Origin: a virus
Taxonomy: Duplodnaviria > Caudoviricetes
Direction: 5' to 3' (one strand)
DNA length: 64,000 bases
IMG/VR virus record: IMGVR_UViG_3300010885_044304
Coordinates: 2,161 to 66,160 of that record
The notes below the pieces were generated by a model, which was not told the origin of the DNA, made no database searches, and saw only the letters and a list, made by a program, of their open reading frames with translations. Position 1 is the stretch's first letter. Every line of letters begins with the position of its first letter. Positions 17,167-27,631 of the stretch are shown one piece after another. Made by a program: the position numbers and the translations under genes.

Positions 17167-20100
17167 ATGGCTACTACTCCAATACCGCAGAATAATTCAA
17201 CTGATCCGCAGGTTCCGGGCAACTTTCCTGGTACTTTTCAAAATCCCACGCAGTTGCCTGCGCCTGTTAATCCAGCATCTGATCCGGAAGTGCCACCTCT
17301 GCCTAACGATGTTGATCCAAACTTTATCCCTAACCCAGCACCAGTAGACAACACCATTGACCCAGAAGTACCGCAGCCTGTTGATGACGCACCTCGCAAG
17401 AAAAAATTTGATCCTACACCAGTCAGTCCTGCAGCCAATCCTGAAGTGCCACAGCCTACAGTTGAGCAAAATCTCTTTGTAGATGCTCCTGCAACTGTTA
17501 GTTCGGCAGCTAATCCGCAAATACCACCGCCGCAGGACTTTGGTCAAGACGCCAGAACATCAGATTTTCCACCTGCACAGGACTTTGGTGTCGATCCACA
17601 AGTACCTGCTGCACAGGACTTTGGATCTGATCCACGGATAATAGTACCTGATGCACAAGACTTTGGTGTTGATCCACAAGTACCTGCTGCACAGGATTTT
17701 GGTTCAGATCCACGGATTATAGTACCTGATGCACAAGACTTTGGTGTTGATCCACAAGTGCCAGAACCGCCTATTGTACAAAACTACTTTACTGATGCAA
17801 CCACGGTTGTCCCTGCTGGCAACACTGGGTTCGACGATTTTTATGGCGAACAAACCTATACAGTTAATTACACAGGAACTGCTGATGCTGTACCCGCCGG
17901 CGACACTGGGTTTGACGATTTTTATGGCGAACAAACATACACAGCTAATTTTACAGGAACAGCTGATGCTAGACCTGTTTTTCCCGCAGCTAATCCACAG
18001 GTGCCTAATATATTTTCATCTATAGGTTCACTGCTATCCAGTCTTTTTGGAATTAGACCAACACCGGTATCACCCGCAGCAAATCCACAAGTAGCACAAG
18101 CTTTTCCCGTGCCAGCTCCGACGGTGTTTACGCCAACTCCTATACCGCCTGTTTCCAATCCGCAAGTGGCACAACCACCTATAGTGCAAAACTTCTTTAC
18201 TGATAGAACTCCTACACCTGTTGTGCCAGCAGCAAATCCACAAGTGCCTCCGGCACAAGACTTTGGATCAGAACCTCCTATCGGATTACCACCGCCGCAG
18301 GACTTTGGATCTGATCCACAAATAGGTTTGCCTCCGGCACAAGACTTTGGTTCTGAACCACCAATAGTAGTTCCAGCAGCACAGGATTATGGATCAGATC
18401 CACAGATAGGTTTGCCTCCGGCACAAGACTTTGGGTCTGAACCACCAATAGTAGTTCCACCAGCCCAAGATTATGGATCTGATCCACAGATAGGTTTGCC
18501 GCCGGCACAAGAGTTTAGCGGCCGCAAAAGGGCCGATCCCGACATTGTTGATTCGCCTACAGAGCCAGCAGTACAGGCACAAACTAATACACGGATTGAT
18601 GGCCCTGTTAATCAAACACTATTACAACAATCAAATCCTGCTGTGGCCACTGATTATAAATCTTATGTGGTAGACACACAAAACAAAATTGTAGAGCAAC
18701 AGACTCGAGAGCTAGAAGTAACACAAGGTTTTCCTGCTAGCGAAAATCAAATTGCTGTCATTAACGGTGAAGCATTTGGCACTGCCACAATTGCAGCTAA
18801 TGTGAGATTTAAAAATCAGATTGAATCAGCAGACGCAGCGCAGTCAGTACCGGCTAACACTCCACCGCCAACTATTGCGCCAGCGGACGTAAATGTTCCA
18901 GCTCTGCCTAACGATGCGGATCCAAACTTTATTTCCAATCCTGGACCAGTTGATAATACCATTGACCCTGAGGTACCTAGTTCAGCTAATACCAGAGTGG
19001 AAAATGTCAATCAAACTGAGTTTGCACAAAAAGATCCCACAGTAGCACAACAATATACCGCCTTTAAAAATGAAACTGCTGCACAACTTACCGCCCAGCG
19101 CATAGCCGAACGCGAAGCAGTAGAAGGTGGTCCAATATCAGTCAGTGAGCAAGTACAAATTGCTGCACGCTCTGAAATAGACGCAACTGCAGATGCTAAC
19201 TTTAGATATCAAGATCAAATTGAAGCTGCCGGGGCGGGTACAGTAGTACCTGCAGATACACCGCCGCCTACTGTAACTGCTCCTGCTGTATCTACTGAAT
19301 CTGATCCCCAAGTGGTTGTCCCTCCCACACGCATTGCATCAGTGTCAACAGAAACATTATTACAAAACGATCCAGAAACTGCACAAGAGTACACTGCCTT
19401 TAAAAACGAAACTGCTGCACAGCTTACTGAACAACGCATAGCTGAGGCAGAAGCAGCGGAAGGCGGTGCTATATCAGTCAGTGCGCAGGTGGAAATTGCT
19501 CGTCGATCAGAAAGAGACGCAACTACAGATGCCAACATTAGATATCAAGATCAAATTCAAGCTGCTGGGGCTGCAACTGTAGTACCTGCAGACACTCCGC
19601 CACCAACAGTAATTCCACCTGCACAGGACTTTGGTACTGATCCACAAGTACCTGCTGCGCAGGACTTTGGTGTTGATCCACCAATTGTAGTTCCTGCAGC
19701 ACAAGACTTTGGAGTTGACCCACAAGTTCCTGCTGCACAGGACTTCGGATCAGATCCACCAATTGTAGTTCCTGCAGCACAGGACTTTGGTACTGATCCA
19801 CAGATAGGATTACCGCCAGCACAGGATTTTGGTTCAGAACCTCCTCTGCGAGCTCCAGCTCCTCCGTCACCCTCACCTTATGAAAGATTTATAGCTGAAG
19901 AAAATGCTGCAACAGATGCTGCTCAAGCAGAAGCTACTGCCAGATTCAACGCACAGTTTGATGTTGTTACAGAAGATCCACAAGTACCACTGGCACAAGA
20001 TTTTGGTTCAGAACCACCTATAGAATTTCCTGCAGCACAGGACTTTGGAGTTGATCCACAGATAGGATTACCGCCAGCACAGGATTTTGGTTCAGAACCA

Positions 20101-21414
20101 CCTATAGAATTTCCTGCAGCACAGGACTTTGGTGTTGATCCACAAGCACAAGACTTTGGCACTGATGCGGATTTTAATATAGGAGAATTCCAATCTGAGC
20201 CTGTAGACATACCTACTATTGATACAGGATACGATGACTTTTACGGCAACCAAGAAGATGTAGGTGAATTCCAAGCAGAACCAGAACTTGTGGCCGATGC
20301 ACAAGACTATGGCGTTGACGATGCAGATCCGCTAGGTGATTTTATAGGAGATCTGCAATCTGAACCTGACACCGGAGACGGGGAGTCGGCCGGCTTTGGA
20401 AATTTCTTTGGAGACGTTGCAGCCGGTGCAGGCGGCCTACTTAAATCATTTGCCGGAGCTGTCAGTGGTGCCGTAGATCCGCAGGCCAATTCTTCACAGC
20501 AGTCTGCCCTAGATTCCATCAGTGGATTGATAAAATCAGCAATCAAAACTCCCAATCAATTGGCAGCAGAACGCCAGGCCGCTGCCAAAGCTCAGGCCAA
20601 AGCACAAGCACAAGTCAATGCACAACGCAAACAGGCCAACGAAGGCGACTGGCGTGTGCGACTGCGCTTGGCCGGTGGTGCTGATTATCTGTACAAGGCC
20701 AAAGGCGCCAATGGGAAATCAGCAGCAGGTATCTTGGAACCCTTGGCAGTGACCGACGGAGTTATATTTCCCTACACTCCGCAAATTACCACACAGTACA
20801 CAGCCAAGTACAACCCCTATGAGCTGACGCACAGCAACTACAGGGGGTATTTTTATCAATCTTCTGCGGTCAACGAAATCAACCTGGTGGCAACATTTAC
20901 AGCACAGGACACCAGCGAAGCTAACTATTTGTTGGCAGTGATACACTTTTTCCGTAGTGTGACCAAGATGTTTTACGGACAAGACGATGCCAGCAAACGT
21001 GGTGCTCCACCACCCTTGGTGTTTCTACAGGGTCTTGGTGAATACCAATTTAACCTGCATCCATGTGTGGTACAAAGTTTCAACTATGTGCTGCCAAATG
21101 ATTGTGATTACATCAGAGCCAACAGTGTAAATTTTAATGGAAACAATTTGCTGCAGCGTAGAGATCGTGAAAACTTGCCTATTGACTATGTAAATTCTGT
21201 CAGCAGCAGACTCAGCAATGCTGGATTGACCAAGGGTGGTCTCAACACTCCACCTGCTCCGCCCACATTGGGAACCAACAGCCCAACCTATGTACCGACC
21301 AAGATGGAAATGACCCTGGTCCTGTTACCCATGCAGACACGCAGTCAGATCAGTCAGCAGTTCAGCCTCAAGCAGTTTGCAAATGGGGATCTAATCAGAG
21401 GAGGATTTTGGTAA
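17167..21414 (+). CDS. Baseplate / tail-tube-initiator-like protein with a ~1150-aa Pro/Asp-rich repetitive N-terminus
   Basis: Globular C-terminal domain (DWRVRL...GVIFPYTP...THSNY...FTAQ...FFRSVTKMFYG...GAPPP...PCVV.SF) directly upstream of gp53, the usual tube-initiator position. Confidence 0.7.
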   Translation: MATTPIPQNNSTDPQVPGNFPGTFQNPTQLPAPVNPASDPEVPPLPNDVDPNFIPNPAPVDNTIDPEVPQPVDDAPRKKKFDPTPVSPAANPEVPQPTVEQNLFVDAPATVSSAANPQIPPPQDFGQDARTSDFPPAQDFGVDPQVPAAQDFGSDPRIIVPDAQDFGVDPQVPAAQDFGSDPRIIVPDAQDFGVDPQVPEPPIVQNYFTDATTVVPAGNTGFDDFYGEQTYTVNYTGTADAVPAGDTGFDDFYGEQTYTANFTGTADARPVFPAANPQVPNIFSSIGSLLSSLFGIRPTPVSPAANPQVAQAFPVPAPTVFTPTPIPPVSNPQVAQPPIVQNFFTDRTPTPVVPAANPQVPPAQDFGSEPPIGLPPPQDFGSDPQIGLPPAQDFGSEPPIVVPAAQDYGSDPQIGLPPAQDFGSEPPIVVPPAQDYGSDPQIGLPPAQEFSGRKRADPDIVDSPTEPAVQAQTNTRIDGPVNQTLLQQSNPAVATDYKSYVVDTQNKIVEQQTRELEVTQGFPASENQIAVINGEAFGTATIAANVRFKNQIESADAAQSVPANTPPPTIAPADVNVPALPNDADPNFISNPGPVDNTIDPEVPSSANTRVENVNQTEFAQKDPTVAQQYTAFKNETAAQLTAQRIAEREAVEGGPISVSEQVQIAARSEIDATADANFRYQDQIEAAGAGTVVPADTPPPTVTAPAVSTESDPQVVVPPTRIASVSTETLLQNDPETAQEYTAFKNETAAQLTEQRIAEAEAAEGGAISVSAQVEIARRSERDATTDANIRYQDQIQAAGAATVVPADTPPPTVIPPAQDFGTDPQVPAAQDFGVDPPIVVPAAQDFGVDPQVPAAQDFGSDPPIVVPAAQDFGTDPQIGLPPAQDFGSEPPLRAPAPPSPSPYERFIAEENAATDAAQAEATARFNAQFDVVTEDPQVPLAQDFGSEPPIEFPAAQDFGVDPQIGLPPAQDFGSEPPIEFPAAQDFGVDPQAQDFGTDADFNIGEFQSEPVDIPTIDTGYDDFYGNQEDVGEFQAEPELVADAQDYGVDDADPLGDFIGDLQSEPDTGDGESAGFGNFFGDVAAGAGGLLKSFAGAVSGAVDPQANSSQQSALDSISGLIKSAIKTPNQLAAERQAAAKAQAKAQAQVNAQRKQANEGDWRVRLRLAGGADYLYKAKGANGKSAAGILEPLAVTDGVIFPYTPQITTQYTAKYNPYELTHSNYRGYFYQSSAVNEINLVATFTAQDTSEANYLLAVIHFFRSVTKMFYGQDDASKRGAPPPLVFLQGLGEYQFNLHPCVVQSFNYVLPNDCDYIRANSVNFNGNNLLQRRDRENLPIDYVNSVSSRLSNAGLTKGGLNTPPAPPTLGTNSPTYVPTKMEMTLVLLPMQTRSQISQQFSLKQFANGDLIRGGFW
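17530..20312 (+). repeat. About 24 copies of the coding motif AQD(F/Y)G(S/V/T)(D/E)P in four clusters, plus three ~95-aa repeats
   Basis: Counted in the translation; DNA units mostly 36 or 42 bp with synonymous variation. Confidence 0.9.
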
Positions 21415-21713
21415 TGGCCTCATACAGTTCTTCTAGTCCCTATTTTGAAACCAGCTACACACAATTTTACCTTGATGTTCTGGTAGATCGTCCTATTCCC
21501 AAAGAATCAGACGACAACCTTTTCATAATCACGCAGACATATCAATATCGTCCAGATCTCTTGGCCTTTGACCTGTACGATGATGCAGGATTATGGTGGG
21601 TATTTTATCAGCGCAACCCAAATACCTTGACAGCTCCACCCTGGGACTTTGCCACCGGAGTAGAAATTTACATACCCAAGATAACAACCATACGTAATGT
21701 ATTAGGATCTTGA
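21414..21713 (+). CDS. gp53: Baseplate wedge protein, T4 gp53-like (LysM-like)
   Basis: YQYRPDLLAFDLYDDAGLWWVF..RN motif; TAATG overlap with the upstream gene. Confidence 0.8.
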   Translation: MASYSSSSPYFETSYTQFYLDVLVDRPIPKESDDNLFIITQTYQYRPDLLAFDLYDDAGLWWVFYQRNPNTLTAPPWDFATGVEIYIPKITTIRNVLGS

Positions 21714-21716
21714 TCT

Positions 21717-24700
21717 ATGGCCACTGTAGCTGAACTAACTCAACAACGTGCTTCGCTAAGGCGCGACCTTGGTTTTCTTGAACAAGAATTAGCAAGACTT
21801 CAAGCAGGGCAAGGCAGTCCACGTGCAATTCGTGATGCGCAAGCTGCAGTGGCCGATACTCGTGCAGAGATAGGCCAAAATCAACTGGCGTTGGCACAGG
21901 CCACTGCTGCTGAAAAGCCCACAGACAGTGCTGGTGCCCAAGTAATAAATGATCAGACAGCACAGGCCAACACAGCCAATACACAACGTCCTGAGCAGCC
22001 GCCTGCTGTACAAACACCCGGGGGTCGAGTTACTCCTGCCTTGGCCACCACAACTCCAACCAATGTGACAAGAACCTTGACTTCTTCTGAAGATTCTGGC
22101 ACCAATGCTGCTGAACGCAAGATAACAAACACACAGTCTACTCCACCCAACACAGCTCAGCCATCAGTGGACCCAGTAGATGCCCGTGGCAGTGCCACTG
22201 GATTGGTGCAAGGCGGCGGCATCAAACCTGGTGGAACTCCTGGTATTGGCGCAGGCGGCGATGACAAGGCAACTGCCATAAGAAATCGACTGACACAGAT
22301 TTATTCAGGTAAAAATCTACAAATTACTCCGCAGCCCAATGCACTAGACAAATACTCGTCCTACACCTACACCATCAGCATTTATATCATGAAGCCTGAT
22401 GATTATCGTCGTATAATCAAGAACAAAAAGGTCAGTATTCCCGGCAGCAATCTCTTGATACAGAGTGGTGGCATGCCCTACACATCTGCTACCCCTACTC
22501 CTTCCAGTGCAGGTGTGCCAACGTCAGCAGCAGAAATTGATACCACCCGATCACGAACATCAGCAGCTGGTCGCAACCAGTTCTTTCCCTTGGATTTCTA
22601 CATAGATAATGTAAAAATGACAGGACTGCAGCCTGGCAAAGGAACCAACAGTTCGCACAACATCACACAACTCAGCTTCAAGATCATTGAGCCCAACGGC
22701 ATCAGCCTGTTGGATAATCTGTATCAGGCCTGTGAACAGTATGTGGGCAAGAAACAAAACTATGCCAGCCAAAACTACTTGATGATCATAAGATTTTTTG
22801 GCTACGATGAAAAAGGCATGCTGGTCAAGGCCTTCAACGGCAACACCTTGACAGATTCTCGATCCACAATTGAAAAATACATTCCTTTTCAATTCACCGG
22901 CATCAAATTCAAAGTGGCCAACAACCTTACCGAGTACAACTGTGAATGTGTGTGTCCACAAAACAATGTGAGTTCAGGACAGATGCGTGGAGTTATCCCC
23001 TACAACATAGAAATACAAGCATCTACACTGAAAGAACTGTTTAATGGACCCGGCAGCAAGGCAGGCACACAGCCCACTGCTGCAAGAGGTGCCGCGCCGC
23101 TGCCTCCAGATGGCAGAGAAATTACCAGTTCGGAAGTGGATGATTTTGGTGGCAGCACTGTACCAACTCCACCAGCAGCGCCTCAGAAAGGTGATGCTGC
23201 TCCCAAGCCTCTTGTGACCAACGGACTGGTCACTGCCTTGAACAAATTTCAACAAGAGCAAAAACAAAAAGGCATTACAAGTGAAGCAGATGTATATGAC
23301 ATAGTGTTTCTTGATACTATCATAGCCAGTGCTAGCACCAAGCCACCCGATGACTTCAATCTCAAAGTAACTGGCAGTGTTCCGCCTGCCACTGCCAATC
23401 AACAACTGAATCCTGCAACCAATAGTGTACAGACCAACACACAGACCAAACCAGCCACTGCAGGCACCAGCATAATTCAATTTATTGATCAGGCTGTGCG
23501 CAACAGTTCTTATATCTACAAACAGCAGACCAAGATTCCCAAGACCAATTCGCAGACAGGCAAGTTGGAAGATGTTCCCAATGGCACTCCTGCACAGGTA
23601 GTGGGTTGGTATCGAATTGGTCTGCAGGCTGAACCTCTCAAGTATGATGAAAAACGCAGAGATTATGCCTACAAGATAACCTATAGTATTGCACCTTATT
23701 TGGTCAACGATCTCAAGAGCAACTATTTCCCGCAGACCAAATTCAGAGGCACACACAAAAAATACAACTATTGGTTCACAGGTGAAAATAATTCAGTCTT
23801 GAGTTTTGAACAAGATTTCAATTATCTTTATTATATTGTGATGAATTCAAACACGCCACCCAAGGGTGTAAATGATCTGGACTATAGAGAAGAAGCCAAA
23901 CGTGCGTTCCAAACCAGAAGCAATGAAAGTGACCAAGGTCAAGAAGGCAAGACCAATGAACCTGCTGCCAATGCAGCTGATCTCTTGTACAGTCCAGCAG
24001 ATCTGGCTCGTGCCAGAATTTCTATAATTGGAGATCCTGCCTGGATTGCTCAAGGTGAAACCTGGGCAGGCATCAGTGGGCAAAATCTCCAGGCAGGGCC
24101 ATTCTTTCCTGATGGTACAATCAACACAGAAATTGAAGAACCCTTGTTTGAAATTGCCTGGAACAAACCAGTGGACTACAGCTTGACAACTGGCCTTATG
24201 AATCCCAATCAACGCAAGGCAGGTGCCAACGCTGTGGAAACTCTGGGTCCTGGTCCATCACAAAGCTATGTGTATCGTGCAGTCAGTGTTACTAGTAATT
24301 TTAGTCAAGGCAAATTCACACAAGATCTGGAAGGTGTAATAGTACTGTTCCCTTCCACTGCCATAAAGAAAAATGAAGAAGTTGGATTGGCAGCAGATGT
24401 AGAATTAGAATTGCCAAAAGCAGTTGACACCGAAGTGTTGACAATACCACCGGCTGGTGCTGCTGTAAACCGTGCAGGTGGCATTAATCAAACCAATGCA
24501 GGTGGTGCTGCCACCAGCGTGACACGCCGATTAAGAACCACACCCCCTCCGGGTGCCAAACCTGGAGATCCTGGGACAGGACTAAAATCACGTCCAGTGC
24601 AAACACCTACCACGGCACCTACCAGACAAGGCATCAATGACACTGCACCAGGTCGTTTGCAAAATTTACCTCCCACCAGTGGAGGCCAACCAGTAAATGA

Positions 24701-24779
24701 TCAAAGAACATTGACAGCTCAAGATCCCAATGTTGCCACTACACGTAGGGCCAACCAAAACGGAGCAATTGAAAGATAA
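21717..24779 (+). CDS. Baseplate hub protein (gp27-like position) with low-complexity termini
   Basis: Lies between gp53 and gp5; ARISIIGDPAWI and VYRAVSVTSNFSQGKFTQDLEG are typical of hub C-terminal barrels. Confidence 0.65.
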   Translation: MATVAELTQQRASLRRDLGFLEQELARLQAGQGSPRAIRDAQAAVADTRAEIGQNQLALAQATAAEKPTDSAGAQVINDQTAQANTANTQRPEQPPAVQTPGGRVTPALATTTPTNVTRTLTSSEDSGTNAAERKITNTQSTPPNTAQPSVDPVDARGSATGLVQGGGIKPGGTPGIGAGGDDKATAIRNRLTQIYSGKNLQITPQPNALDKYSSYTYTISIYIMKPDDYRRIIKNKKVSIPGSNLLIQSGGMPYTSATPTPSSAGVPTSAAEIDTTRSRTSAAGRNQFFPLDFYIDNVKMTGLQPGKGTNSSHNITQLSFKIIEPNGISLLDNLYQACEQYVGKKQNYASQNYLMIIRFFGYDEKGMLVKAFNGNTLTDSRSTIEKYIPFQFTGIKFKVANNLTEYNCECVCPQNNVSSGQMRGVIPYNIEIQASTLKELFNGPGSKAGTQPTAARGAAPLPPDGREITSSEVDDFGGSTVPTPPAAPQKGDAAPKPLVTNGLVTALNKFQQEQKQKGITSEADVYDIVFLDTIIASASTKPPDDFNLKVTGSVPPATANQQLNPATNSVQTNTQTKPATAGTSIIQFIDQAVRNSSYIYKQQTKIPKTNSQTGKLEDVPNGTPAQVVGWYRIGLQAEPLKYDEKRRDYAYKITYSIAPYLVNDLKSNYFPQTKFRGTHKKYNYWFTGENNSVLSFEQDFNYLYYIVMNSNTPPKGVNDLDYREEAKRAFQTRSNESDQGQEGKTNEPAANAADLLYSPADLARARISIIGDPAWIAQGETWAGISGQNLQAGPFFPDGTINTEIEEPLFEIAWNKPVDYSLTTGLMNPNQRKAGANAVETLGPGPSQSYVYRAVSVTSNFSQGKFTQDLEGVIVLFPSTAIKKNEEVGLAADVELELPKAVDTEVLTIPPAGAAVNRAGGINQTNAGGAATSVTRRLRTTPPPGAKPGDPGTGLKSRPVQTPTTAPTRQGINDTAPGRLQNLPPTSGGQPVNDQRTLTAQDPNVATTRRANQNGAIER

Positions 24780-27601
24780 TGGCAGATAATGTACAACGCA
24801 GTCGTGGACGTGGCAAAGGATACAAGTTTGACCGTGGCGGCAACCCAACAGAATTTGGTCCGTTTATTGGCGAAGTAACCAACAACGTAGACGTTACTCG
24901 GTCAGGCCGCCTGCAGGTCTATATTGAACAGTTTGGTGGTGACAATCCACAAGACAAAAGCTTGTGGCGTACTGTGAGTTATGTTCCGCCATTCTATGGG
25001 GCAGTCAACCAGACAGGCACCAATCAAGGGGCAGGAACCTATGTGGGCAATCCGCAAAGCTATGGCATGTGGTTTACTCCGCCTGACATTGGTACGCTTG
25101 TTATCTGTTTCTTTGTGGCAGGTGATCCCAATCAAGGCTACTATTTAGGTTGTGTGCCTGATCCTGGCATCAGTCACATGGTACCTGCTGTGGGAGCTTC
25201 TGCACAATTTGAACTGGGCAACGACAAACAGAAAGAATACTACAAGAATGTCAAACAGTTGCCCGTAACTGAAATCAACGCTGACAATTCTGCCATAGAA
25301 GAAAATCCCAAGTACTTTGATCAGAAAAAACCAGTGCATGGATATGTTGCTGGTGTGATGTTGCAACAGGGTCTGATTGCAGATGCACAGCGTGGCCCCA
25401 TAACCAGCAACAGCCAACGCGAAAGTCCCAGCAGCACTTATGGCATCAGTACGCCAGGTCGCCCTGTATTTCAAGGTGGTTTAAAGGACGACGATGTCAA
25501 AAAGAAGATAACAGCCGGCAACGGACAAGGCTCTAAATTAGCTGATGTCAAGGTCACTGCACGACGTGGTGGACACAGTTTTGTCATGGATGATGGCAAC
25601 TTAGAAGGCAAAGATAATTTGGTGCGTATACGTACCAGCAACGGCCACCAGATTACCATGAGTGATGATGGCAACTTCTTTTTTATCATACATGCCAACG
25701 GACAAAGTTGGGTTGAATTAGGCAGTGAAGGTACTATAGATCTGTTCAGTACCAATTCTGTAAACATACGCACTCAAGGCGAAATCAATCTGCATGCAGA
25801 CAAAGCCATCAACATGTACAGTGATGACAGCATCAATATCAAGAGCAGATCTATAAAGATAAATGCAGTAGAATCGTTTGAATTGGCCAGCAAAACCAAT
25901 CTCAGTATCTACAGTGAAAGTGATATTGGTATTGGTGCCGACGGCATACTAAACCTCAAAAGCAAATCAGGTGCCTGGAACAGTGGTGATAGTCTGGCTC
26001 TAAAAGGACAAACTATCAATCTCAATGGCCCAGGAGGAGCAGGATCATTTACCAAGCCTGCTCTGCTGAAAGATCTTGAACTGCCTGATGTGGCCTGGGT
26101 GGATGGCACAGGGTGGAAAGTTGAACCCAAAAAGATAAAAACAATTGCTACCCGTGCACCTACTCACCAACCTTATCCTTATCAAAACAAAGGTGTAGAA
26201 GTAAAATCATCAGTGACAGAATTCACAGGTGAAAAAGGTGCAGAAGGTGGTGGTGCAGGTAGTGGTGCAGGATTTGGTGGATTCAGTGGTATACCCAGTA
26301 TACCTGCCATTGTGCCTCCGGCAATATCAGGATCAATTGCCACAGCAGTGGGATCTGCTGGCACAGCACTCAACAATGCCACAACAGCACTCAGTGCGTC
26401 AGTTGCCACAGCTACATCTGCAGTGGGCACTGCTGTGAGTGGAGTGACATCTGCTGTTAGCGGGGTAGTGGCTGGAGTAAGCCAAGCAGTGGGCAGTGTC
26501 ACAGCAGCTGCTGCTGGTGCAGTAAGCGGAGTAACAGCAGCAGTGGGCGGAGTAGTTGCTCAGGTAGGTACTGCTCTTGCTCCAGTGACAGCAGCAATAA
26601 ATCAAGTGGTATCATTGCCGGTGAATGCTGGTCTGTTGTTGAAACAGATTCCGGCCATTAGAAGTATTGGCAGCCTGAATCCTGCGCAGGTCACCGGCAT
26701 GCTGGCTTCTACAGCATTGGCAGTGGGTCAGACAGCATCACAGATCAGCAACGGCAAAGGTGTTGGCGTATTTGGATTTAGTCCTGTGCAGTTGGAACAA
26801 GTGGGTTTGATCAAGCCTGGCACCATTGCTAAATTTGGGGCAGTTGCTCCAAATCTTACCAGCTTCTTGGCCAGTCCTACCATTTGGACAGGCAAGAGCG
26901 GTGTCAGCAATCTCAGTGGCCTGTTGAACAATCCCAATCTGCAAAATCGTCTGCAACAGGATCTCATGCAGCAGGGTCTCACACAACTACGTAAAACTGG
27001 CATAGTGAAAGGATTGGAGTCTGTGCCACAATTGGCAGGCCTGGTCAATAGTGCAGTGCAGTTTGGACCAGCTGCTGTGGTCAACTGGGCCAAGGGACAG
27101 GCCAACGCTGCCATAGTGAATCAAATCAGCAAGGTTTTCAAGAACAGTGAGTTTGCCAGTATCCTAAGCAATGCTGTGAATATTTTTGTAGGCATTCAAG
27201 GACAACGACCTGTCAAAATTGCCGGCATTATTGACACAGTAAATCGTGCACCTATCAACACTGCTGTGGTGGATGTGATTGGCAATGCCAAGGTACAGCC
27301 TCCCAATTACCGGACAATCAGTATTGACATTACAAAAGGTCAACAAGAAGTAAGAACAGCAGCATTCAATCAGGCCATGTCCGAAGGCAACAGTGAAAGG
27401 GAAGCAGCACGTATTGGCGCAGCAGCTGGCAACGAGTATGGAGCAGCAGAACTGGCCAAGGTTGATTTGGGATCTGGAACCAATACTACTACCACTACAC
27501 CAACAACTGGCATCCAGTCACAAGCTCAGATTGATGCAGAAATTGCTGCAGAAGCAAAGTTAGTTGCCAACAAAAATGTCTTGGGTAGACTAACCAGATA
27601 A
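24779..27601 (+). CDS. gp5: Baseplate central spike (gp5/VgrG OB-fold plus beta-helix) with a long C-terminal extension
   Basis: D.TRSGRLQVYI, GMWFTPPDIGTLVICFF, GH...MDD, RIRTSNGHQI.M.D followed by beta-helix repeats. Confidence 0.8.
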   Translation: MADNVQRSRGRGKGYKFDRGGNPTEFGPFIGEVTNNVDVTRSGRLQVYIEQFGGDNPQDKSLWRTVSYVPPFYGAVNQTGTNQGAGTYVGNPQSYGMWFTPPDIGTLVICFFVAGDPNQGYYLGCVPDPGISHMVPAVGASAQFELGNDKQKEYYKNVKQLPVTEINADNSAIEENPKYFDQKKPVHGYVAGVMLQQGLIADAQRGPITSNSQRESPSSTYGISTPGRPVFQGGLKDDDVKKKITAGNGQGSKLADVKVTARRGGHSFVMDDGNLEGKDNLVRIRTSNGHQITMSDDGNFFFIIHANGQSWVELGSEGTIDLFSTNSVNIRTQGEINLHADKAINMYSDDSINIKSRSIKINAVESFELASKTNLSIYSESDIGIGADGILNLKSKSGAWNSGDSLALKGQTINLNGPGGAGSFTKPALLKDLELPDVAWVDGTGWKVEPKKIKTIATRAPTHQPYPYQNKGVEVKSSVTEFTGEKGAEGGGAGSGAGFGGFSGIPSIPAIVPPAISGSIATAVGSAGTALNNATTALSASVATATSAVGTAVSGVTSAVSGVVAGVSQAVGSVTAAAAGAVSGVTAAVGGVVAQVGTALAPVTAAINQVVSLPVNAGLLLKQIPAIRSIGSLNPAQVTGMLASTALAVGQTASQISNGKGVGVFGFSPVQLEQVGLIKPGTIAKFGAVAPNLTSFLASPTIWTGKSGVSNLSGLLNNPNLQNRLQQDLMQQGLTQLRKTGIVKGLESVPQLAGLVNSAVQFGPAAVVNWAKGQANAAIVNQISKVFKNSEFASILSNAVNIFVGIQGQRPVKIAGIIDTVNRAPINTAVVDVIGNAKVQPPNYRTISIDITKGQQEVRTAAFNQAMSEGNSEREAARIGAAAGNEYGAAELAKVDLGSGTNTTTTTPTTGIQSQAQIDAEIAAEAKLVANKNVLGRLTR

Positions 27602-27620
27602 TAGCTCACAGCCACAAGGA

Positions 27621-27626
27621 TAAGTA
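27621..27626 (+). promoter_or_regulatory. Late promoter variant TAAGTA, 5 nt before the ATG
   Basis: TAAGTA-TTTGT-ATG(27632). An AAGGA just upstream could also act as an SD on read-through mRNA. Confidence 0.55.
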
Positions 27627-27631
27627 TTTGT

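Noticed and set aside
17530-20170. Repeat-spacer-like DNA pattern (gcacaggactttgg... recurring every 36-42 bp) resembling a CRISPR array
   Set aside because: Units are multiples of 3, vary at synonymous positions, the intervening parts are themselves repeated, all lie in one open frame, and no cas genes are present.
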